Positions 57,567 through 64,000 of a DNA stretch of 64,000 nucleotides are shown here, in pieces. Under the pieces are notes generated by a model. That model did no database searches and was not told the DNA's origin. It was given only the letters and a program-made list of their open reading frames with translations. Made by a program: the position numbers and the translations under genes. Position 1 is the first letter of the stretch. Every line of letters begins with the position of its first letter. Source of the stretch: Methanobacteriota archaeon (GTDB taxonomy: Archaea > Thermoplasmatota > Poseidoniia > Poseidoniales > Poseidoniaceae); NCBI GenBank assembly GCA_002718195.1, contig PBDU01000017.1, forward strand, positions 53,818 through 117,817. Direction: 5' to 3'.

Positions 57567-58334
57567 ATGGCGAGTACATCACCAGTGGTTTCTGAGTTGA
57601 TTTCAAATGATGAAATCGTAGTGCTGCAAGCCCAGTTAGGAGAGTGGGATAACCTAAATCACCTCTTGGTTTGCGCGAAGAGTAAAAGCGCTGTAATAAT
57701 CGACCCATTTGACGCTAAATTTTGGTTTGATATTTGTCTGGAGAATGGTTGGGAATTAGAACAAGCATGGCTCACACACAGCCATTGGGATCATTCCAAA
57801 GGCATTGAGGAATGTTTGGAATTAGGTGGTCCAAATTTCCAAGTAATATTACACGAAAAAGAGCTTGAGAGGGGCTGGAATGGGCCTCATACTCATTTAT
57901 TGACAAACTCAGAACTTTCAAGTCACCCTCTTGGAATAGGGAAACTGACATTCCAGGCTCATTGCACTCCTGGGCACACTCCTGGGCATCTTACCTTCAC
58001 AGGAAATGGAGTAGTCATCTCTGGTGACTGTTTGTTCTTAGGGCGCTGTGGAAGGGCTGACCTCTATGGTGGAGATGAAAGCAAACTCAGACTAAGTCTT
58101 CGGTATTTGAGGGATGAAATCTCCCATATTCAAGACTGGATGGTTCTTCCTGGGCATCAGTATAAGCTCGAAGACGGCTCAAATCCCACCTCACTAACAG
58201 TCGCTGAATTGTTGATTAACAATCTTGCAATCAAAGCAGTTGATAATGATGAAGATTGGAATAGTCTTGATTTCCTCTCATTTGAGGATTCCTTGGCAGA
58301 AAAGGCAAGAAGACAGCGTGCAATGCAATCCTAA
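57567..58334 (+). CDS. MBL-fold metallo-hydrolase (glyoxalase II-like)
   Basis: THSHWDHSKG (HxHxDH), downstream His/Asp ligands HTPGH, D in SGDCLF; ORF-track start 57489 overlaps upstream gene, MASTSPVV Met chosen. Confidence 0.8.
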   Translation: MASTSPVVSELISNDEIVVLQAQLGEWDNLNHLLVCAKSKSAVIIDPFDAKFWFDICLENGWELEQAWLTHSHWDHSKGIEECLELGGPNFQVILHEKELERGWNGPHTHLLTNSELSSHPLGIGKLTFQAHCTPGHTPGHLTFTGNGVVISGDCLFLGRCGRADLYGGDESKLRLSLRYLRDEISHIQDWMVLPGHQYKLEDGSNPTSLTVAELLINNLAIKAVDNDEDWNSLDFLSFEDSLAEKARRQRAMQS

Positions 58335-61300
58335 TCATAGATTATCTAAGTCTATCATACCAGGCATGGACGCTCTTTCTTCCTCGACTCTCTGCTGTTC
58401 ATATTGTTGCCAAACCGGAACTTGTTCAGGTCCAGTCCAGCCCAATTCTCTAGCTTTTTCCAGGTCTCCCTGACCGACGTAATAGTCAATCCATTCCTGT
58501 CTTCGCAACTCTTCATCTTCCATGGCCATATTGACCATTCTTTCCTCTGCTCTTCTTTTAGCACTCTTTCTGCCGGCAATTTGTTTTGAAATCATAGCCA
58601 CGAATATGAGGGTAAGCATCAGTGCAGCAACTCCACCAAGAACTAACATTCCAGTATCGCTCCCGCCTGAGGTAGAATCTACTTCTCCATCTCCTGTATT
58701 CTGATTCAGAGTCGGGTCTTCAGTGATCAAGCAGGTTACTTGACCTCTGATTCCCGCACTAATTGAGGGGTCCCATTGGCAAGGGTCATTGATATTGGAA
58801 ACACCATCTCCATCATCATCTCTGCAACCGTACCTATCAATAGTTGAGTTGCCCCACTCATTCCTACAATCATCGTTCTGGTATCCAGTGAAGTTATCTC
58901 CGAAACCATCTCCATCCGCGTCTCTGCTTTGAGATGTCCTCAACGGGAAAGCGTCAGGAATTGCACCTTCGGGATTATCTCCAACTCCGTCTCCATCCAT
59001 GTCGGACCATTGCGATACGGTATCGGGGAATGCGTCTCCGTTTTGCTCTCTGATTGTAATTAGATTACCAGGATTTTCTTCATCCTCAATGGTTTTGTTA
59101 ACCCAAGTATAATTGTCACCATATCCATCGCCATCAGAATCTTCCCACTGTGTTCCATCGTTAGGGAATGTATCATCATCATCGGCATAACCGTCTCCAT
59201 CTGCATCTGGACAGCCTTGATAGTTATTCATGGTAGCTTCTCCGTATACGTCTGGACAATCATCACCACCAGGAATGTTTTCATCACCATATCCATCTCC
59301 GTCAGAATCAGCCCACTGGAACGGGTCGTTGGGGAATGCATCTAGCGGATCAGTGACTCCATCAGCATCTGTATCAGGGCAACCTCTTGTTAGAGGATTG
59401 TTGGATGTTCCATAGGATTCAGGGCAAACATCCGGCTCATTTCCGTCCTGATTGTCTCCATATCCGTCACCGTCCGTGTCATCCCACTGAGTAGGGTCTG
59501 CAGGGAATCTGTCTCCATTATTTCCACCAGGGTTGTCACCTCTGCCATCACCATCAGAGTCTTCCCATTGACTTGCATCATCAGGGAACTGATCAGGATT
59601 GTTTCCATCTGGGTTGTCCCCTCTGTTGTCTCCATCTCTATCTTCCCACTGGGTTGAGTCATCAGGGAAAGGGTCTCCAGCATTTGAGTAGCCGTCACCG
59701 TCTCTGTCAGGGCATCCTAATCTATCTTCAGTTGATGTTCCTGAATCACCAGGGCAATCGTCAGCATTATTTCCGGATTGATTGCTTCCAAAACCATCTC
59801 CGTCATCATCGCACCACTGTGTTGGGTCATTAGGGAATGCGTCTGCTCCGTCATTACAAGGGCTGAGAGTAGGCCAACCAGGGGTTGGGTCTGACCAGCC
59901 ATCGCCGTCAGAATCAGGGCAACCAAGTCTATCAAATTGTGAATCTCCCCATGCATTTGGACAACCATCGGGTCTGCTACTGGCTTGCTCATCACCAACC
60001 CAATCTCCGTCAGAATCAGCCCACTGGGTTCTGTCTAGAGGGAATACGTCAACATTAGTTGCGCCAGTAACTAATTCTCCTGGCCACTCCATTGGTCTAA
60101 TGTTAAGCCAAGAGTTGTTAGCAAAGTTGTCTCCATAGCCGTCTCCATCAGTATCGTTCCATTGAGTTGGGTCATTAGGGAATGCATCTCCTCTCTGATT
60201 TATGTGATATTGCTGATTATCCACGTCATACAGATAGTTGTCTCCATAGCCGTCCATGTCCATATCTGCCCATTGTTCGGGGTCAGATGGCCAAAGGTCC
60301 CCCTCGTCTGACCACCCGTCTCCATCTGCATCAGGGCAGCCGAACCTGTCTTCAGTTGAATTACCCCAAGTTAGGATGCAAGCATCTGGTTGGAAAGCGG
60401 GCTCAGGATTGTCACCAAAACCATCGTTATCAGTGTCATTCCACTGGGTTGGCTCATCAGGGAATTGATCTACCTTGCCATCTCCTTGGTCTGTAGTATT
60501 CCAACCATCTTGGTCCGGGTCAATGTTAGCAAACCAAATGTAGAAACCTTCATCATTTCTTCCAAAGGCTTGTGCGATATTCATTCCAGTTGGGGACCAT
60601 GAAACACCATTGTTTTGTCCGCAGTTGTTACCATTACCAGTGCTCGTGCAACCTCCCGGTCTTGGTTGGCTGAAAGAGTCGATAGATTGCCCGGACGCAA
60701 CATCAAAAATCAAAGCCGTTGCGCCATCGCTGTTATACCATCCCATACCGAATATTACTTGAGTGCTGTCTGGGGAAAAATCGGTTCCGTAGCAAGATGT
60801 AGATCCAATCTTAGTCCACGAATTTGTCCAAGTCGAAGTTTCATACATTCTTAGTTTGGAATTTCCAGAATTCTGGTCATATCCCTCACACACAGAAATG
60901 TATTCACCATCATGCGACCATGCTATAGAATTGACAGTACCAGTAGGAGATGATATTGATTGAATTGTTGACCAATCTGTTGTATCAACAACGTAAGCGT
61001 CACCAACTGTACCAATTGCTAGCTCTCCATTTGGTCCGAAGTCAACAGAATGGAATCTGTCTTCGCTTCCTGGATTTAGATTTTGCAATACATTAGCGTT
61101 TGAAGTATCAATTACTCTAACTACTCCGTTAGTACCGCCCCAACCGCTTCTGCCAATTGCAATTGCAGCCATGCTTCCGTCTTCTGATAGGTCGATGTCA
61201 TAAGTGAAATCACCTCCGCCGACATCTGCTGAAATTGACCCATGGATATCGGTTAGGTTGCTTGCATGGTATAATTTTACGGTGTCATCATCGCCAGTCA

Positions 61301-61775
61301 CTCCGATGTATCTTCCATCACCTGACCAAGAAACAGACCCAACATCCCCTCCACTGTAAGCAACAACAGACCTGTCATTTACTCCAGTGCTTGCATTCCA
61401 GACTCTTAGATATCCATTTTCATCTGCAGTCGCAACCCATTCGCCATCTGGCGAATAATCTGCATCATTGAAATCATAATTTTGCGGTATCGAAAATTCC
61501 TTTTGGAAATTTGGATTTGTGCTTGTCCATGAATCAGCCCAGTCGCTAGTCCCATCCCCGTCTCTGTCTGGACAACCTACTTTGTCTATGGTCGAAGTCC
61601 CAGCAGCATAAGGGCAATCATCACTTGCATCATCAGTTCCATCCCCATCAGTGTCAACAGCAGAAACAGTTGGAAGGATAACAGAAGCAACAAGGATTGC
61701 AACTAAAAAAGCAGGCAAAAAATGACCTTTTCTGTCTTCATGCGAAATAGCCATAAAACTCCGAGCATGCATCAT
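58335..61775 (-). CDS. giant surface protein: N-terminal signal/anchor, WD40-like beta-propeller region, long array of thrombospondin type-3-like Ca-binding repeats, C-terminal TM helix plus approximately 80-aa cytoplasmic tail
   Basis: AFLVAILVASVILPTVSAV; propeller-like repeats (SPDGEWVATADENGYLRVW, SWSGDGRYIGVTGDDDTVKLY, AWSHDGEYISVCEG); over 20 D-x-D-G-D-G units; C-term GMLVLGGVAALMLTLIFVAMISKQIAGRKSAKRR. Confidence 0.8.
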   Translation of the reverse strand: MMHARSFMAISHEDRKGHFLPAFLVAILVASVILPTVSAVDTDGDGTDDASDDCPYAAGTSTIDKVGCPDRDGDGTSDWADSWTSTNPNFQKEFSIPQNYDFNDADYSPDGEWVATADENGYLRVWNASTGVNDRSVVAYSGGDVGSVSWSGDGRYIGVTGDDDTVKLYHASNLTDIHGSISADVGGGDFTYDIDLSEDGSMAAIAIGRSGWGGTNGVVRVIDTSNANVLQNLNPGSEDRFHSVDFGPNGELAIGTVGDAYVVDTTDWSTIQSISSPTGTVNSIAWSHDGEYISVCEGYDQNSGNSKLRMYETSTWTNSWTKIGSTSCYGTDFSPDSTQVIFGMGWYNSDGATALIFDVASGQSIDSFSQPRPGGCTSTGNGNNCGQNNGVSWSPTGMNIAQAFGRNDEGFYIWFANIDPDQDGWNTTDQGDGKVDQFPDEPTQWNDTDNDGFGDNPEPAFQPDACILTWGNSTEDRFGCPDADGDGWSDEGDLWPSDPEQWADMDMDGYGDNYLYDVDNQQYHINQRGDAFPNDPTQWNDTDGDGYGDNFANNSWLNIRPMEWPGELVTGATNVDVFPLDRTQWADSDGDWVGDEQASSRPDGCPNAWGDSQFDRLGCPDSDGDGWSDPTPGWPTLSPCNDGADAFPNDPTQWCDDDGDGFGSNQSGNNADDCPGDSGTSTEDRLGCPDRDGDGYSNAGDPFPDDSTQWEDRDGDNRGDNPDGNNPDQFPDDASQWEDSDGDGRGDNPGGNNGDRFPADPTQWDDTDGDGYGDNQDGNEPDVCPESYGTSNNPLTRGCPDTDADGVTDPLDAFPNDPFQWADSDGDGYGDENIPGGDDCPDVYGEATMNNYQGCPDADGDGYADDDDTFPNDGTQWEDSDGDGYGDNYTWVNKTIEDEENPGNLITIREQNGDAFPDTVSQWSDMDGDGVGDNPEGAIPDAFPLRTSQSRDADGDGFGDNFTGYQNDDCRNEWGNSTIDRYGCRDDDGDGVSNINDPCQWDPSISAGIRGQVTCLITEDPTLNQNTGDGEVDSTSGGSDTGMLVLGGVAALMLTLIFVAMISKQIAGRKSAKRRAEERMVNMAMEDEELRRQEWIDYYVGQGDLEKARELGWTGPEQVPVWQQYEQQRVEEERASMPGMIDLDNL

Positions 61776-61878
61776 TAAAAGGAATATCGGTTAAATTGCT
61801 CAACAATAAAGAAACACTGGAGCGGAAAAATGCCCAATTTTCCGAAATGCTTGAACATATAATCTCTGTGAGGTAAGC

Positions 61879-63429
61879 GTGTCTGAGGGCAGTAAGGTCA
61901 ACATCGCGGTCGCAGACCGCGTTTTGCTTCACCTATTTGCTCACTATGAACAACTCGATCAATACATGGTCACATCCGATCTAACCAGGAACGGAATCGC
62001 TCAGGCATGTGCACAGCACCCTCCAAATGTTAGTCGAGCAATGAAAGATCTTCTTCTTGATGGCTTGGTCGAAGAGCATTCGAGAAGCATAATCAACGAG
62101 GATAGGAGGAAAAAAGCCTGGCAACTAACTCCAGCAGGGCATTCCACTGCAAAAAGACGCTACAATGACCTTGCAAAAGTGAAGGTCCTCCTTAGAGGTA
62201 AAGATGGTAAATTACTGGAAATAGAAGCGGGCGAAGCTGCTGACCGTTTATCTACTGATATCGGCTTACTTCAGATTCTACTTCATTCGCAGTATGAGGG
62301 TGCACTTACCTATGGCGACATCAGATTTGGATTAATTAAGAAAAAGAATGAGGGTAAAGATACGCCACAGCCAGGAAGATTGGTACCTTTCCTCGGAGCT
62401 CATGCTACCTACCACACAGAGGCTCCTCAGACGAGAGAAGTTCATGGCAGAGAATCTGAAAGGGAACTAATAGACTCTTGGATGGAGGAAAAAAGTCCTT
62501 GTCTGGTGGTTCATGGAATCGCAGGAATTGGAAAATCAACACTCGTTTCCCACTGGCTTTCAAAACATAAAATGGAGAATAAAAATCTCTCTGTGTGTTG
62601 GTATCCATGCCATCCATGGGACAAGGAATTGGGGCTTGCAACAAGCCTTCTTCACAGATTTGGCGTGGATGAAAACCATGATCCATACAATTTAATCGAG
62701 ACTTTACCCCTCAAACCCGGAGCAAAGATGGATGTTGAATTATGGTATAGGCGCTTGCTTGCATATCTAACCGATGCTAACGCAATCAGGGAGCGTTTCA
62801 GTCGACGAAAAGGCGGGCCTCCACCATATTGGCTGATTATTTTAGACGACGTACATCTGATCGAGAATGAGTGTAAAGAGTTGTTAACTGCTCTTTTGAC
62901 TTTGAGCACAAAAACCCCGCTAAGGCTTGTAATGATCTCCAGAGCAACTCTTTCCTTCTATGATAGGCGTGACGTTTTTACAAGAAAAATCGTGCAAGAA
63001 ATGCCTCTAAAAGGCCTGACATTGGATGAAGTCAAAATTTGGATTGAAGACTTTGATCCGGAATCAAACCTTGACATCGATGAATTATTTGCACAAATTG
63101 GAGGTCATCCATTGGCACTTGAGTTTTTGGAACTATACGGTACAAAAATTCACGGGGATTGGTTGAAGTTCTTAGATCAAGAGATTCTAGAAAGGCTACC
63201 GGAAATGGAGAGGAACTTACTCTCTACGCTTGCTGTTAGCGAGAAACCTGTGGTTTGGGAGAAACTTGCAAAAGCGGTTGGCTGGAATGGAAACCCCCCT
63301 GAAAATCTTCTATCTCATGGGCTGATTATAGAGCTAGAAGATGGCATGTGGTTGCATGAGGCACTCAGAGAACGCCTCCTACGGGAAGTCGGAGCAAAGA
63401 AGGAAGAAAGACGAGAATCTCTGATTTAA
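61879..63429 (+). CDS. winged-HTH plus P-loop NTPase (AAA/STAND-like) putative regulator
   Basis: N-terminal MarR-like wHTH (TRNGIAQACAQHPPNVSRAMKDLLLDGLVEE), Walker A CLVVHGIAGIGKSTLVSHWL, Walker B-like WLIILDDVHLIE; GTG start. Confidence 0.6.
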   Translation: MSEGSKVNIAVADRVLLHLFAHYEQLDQYMVTSDLTRNGIAQACAQHPPNVSRAMKDLLLDGLVEEHSRSIINEDRRKKAWQLTPAGHSTAKRRYNDLAKVKVLLRGKDGKLLEIEAGEAADRLSTDIGLLQILLHSQYEGALTYGDIRFGLIKKKNEGKDTPQPGRLVPFLGAHATYHTEAPQTREVHGRESERELIDSWMEEKSPCLVVHGIAGIGKSTLVSHWLSKHKMENKNLSVCWYPCHPWDKELGLATSLLHRFGVDENHDPYNLIETLPLKPGAKMDVELWYRRLLAYLTDANAIRERFSRRKGGPPPYWLIILDDVHLIENECKELLTALLTLSTKTPLRLVMISRATLSFYDRRDVFTRKIVQEMPLKGLTLDEVKIWIEDFDPESNLDIDELFAQIGGHPLALEFLELYGTKIHGDWLKFLDQEILERLPEMERNLLSTLAVSEKPVVWEKLAKAVGWNGNPPENLLSHGLIIELEDGMWLHEALRERLLREVGAKKEERRESLI

Positions 63430-63762
63430 TCAGAAGTCATCAGCAGTAACATGCTGGTCAATCCAATTTGAAAGCTGTGCCTTTGGTTGGGCACCGGATA
63501 GGTTGCCAACGACTTTTCCATTTTTGAACATGTAAAGGGCAGGGATGCCTCTTACGCCTAGTTTTGCGGCATTCATTGAGTCAGTGTCAGTGTTCACTTT
63601 TACGATTTGAACATCATCTCTTTCACCAGAAATTTGGTCAAGGACCGGTGCAATCATCTTGCATGGGCCACACCATGGTGCCCAGAAGTCAACCAAGACA
63701 AATTCGTGATTTGCTAAAGTTGAGTCAAACTCTGCATCTGTTATGTTGAGTATTTCTGCCAT
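63430..63762 (-). CDS. trxA: thioredoxin
   Basis: WAPWCGPCKMIAP active site, 110 aa. Confidence 0.93.
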   Translation of the reverse strand: MAEILNITDAEFDSTLANHEFVLVDFWAPWCGPCKMIAPVLDQISGERDDVQIVKVNTDTDSMNAAKLGVRGIPALYMFKNGKVVGNLSGAQPKAQLSNWIDQHVTADDF

Positions 63763-63878
63763 ATGATTCCCTAGCCTTCCGTGAGAGAAGGAGTGTTATA
63801 TGGCTTTGCACACATAACCTAACCAATTTTAGGTAATACTCATGACAGGGGACCGATTCAAGGGACATGAGGGGAACT

Positions 63879-64000
63879 ATGATTATCGCACCTAGCGTAC
63901 TAACTGCAGACCTTTCAAACCTTGCAGAATCTTGCAAAAAAGCAGTAGACGCAGGGCTTAATTGGATGCATTTAGATGTCATGGACGGTAACTTTGTTCC
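63879..64000 (+). CDS. rpe: ribulose-phosphate 3-epimerase (3' partial, runs off window end)
   Basis: [40 protein letters not shown] matches Rpe N-terminus (IAPSILSADF ... HVDVMDGHFVPN); GAGGGG Shine-Dalgarno-like 7-12 nt upstream. Confidence 0.75.
   Translation, partial: MIIAPSVLTADLSNLAESCKKAVDAGLNWMHLDVMDGNFV

Noticed and set aside
59230-60854. Plus-strand ORFs (59573..59833, 59782..60138, 60182..60496 and others) within the TSP3-repeat gene
   Set aside because: They are artefacts of Asp/Gly codon repeats (GAT/GGT-rich) read antisense. The translations are His/Gln/Leu-rich low complexity.
1-64000. CRISPR arrays, IS elements, integrases, rRNA
   Set aside because: There is no direct-repeat/spacer periodicity and no transposase or integrase-like ORF. 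No stretch resembles 16S/23S/5S conserved regions.

Overview
This 64 kb window reads as a chromosomal segment of a low-GC archaeon (GC not computed; AT-rich by eye). Archaeal hallmark genes are present: topoisomerase VI B and A subunits, the PolD large subunit DP2 with its CDGDED active-site motif, primase large subunit PriL, an S13-S4-S11-RpoD operon, and a leucyl-tRNA synthetase. Several features resemble Marine Group II (Poseidoniales)-like Thermoplasmatota, but this lineage call is an inference. They are large secreted proteins with thrombospondin type-3 calcium-binding repeats and C-terminal transmembrane anchors, a bacterial-type PlsC-like acyltransferase, a patatin-like lipase, an ATP-type PEPCK and an Atg22/UMF1-like MFS transporter. 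Coding density is high on both strands. The ORF track often picks upstream alternative starts, so several minus/plus gene pairs appear to overlap; internal Met starts fit better. No rRNA or tRNA genes, CRISPR arrays, transposases or integrases were seen. Housekeeping genes include topoisomerase VI, a DEAD-box helicase, a HIT protein, an isoaspartyl peptidase, cyclophilin, glutathione peroxidase, PckA, a GlmM-like phosphohexomutase with an LbH acetyltransferase, PriL, PolD DP2, PyrE, ribosomal proteins S13/S4/S11, RpoD, LeuRS, thioredoxin and a 5' partial Rpe at the window end. The accessory-looking content is: (i) a 1680-aa surface protein with a vWA domain embedded in a repeated HIAW propeller-like module plus CARDB-like domains; (ii) a 1304-aa integral membrane protein with roughly 30 or more helices; (iii) a membrane-anchored protein with an extracellular Cys-paired repeat region and two cytoplasmic winged-helix domains; (iv) two giant TSP3-repeat surface proteins; (v) a TPD/PD-(D/E)XK nuclease-fold protein with a polybasic N-terminus; (vi) a wHTH-P-loop NTPase; and (vii) an orphan FrdA/SdhA-like flavoprotein with non-canonical motifs. 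Items (iii) and (vi), with one of the TSP3 proteins and an MBL hydrolase, lie together between 54.9 and 63.4 kb and are treated as a candidate surface-sensing regulatory module. All functional calls rest on motif recognition by eye; no database searches were run.
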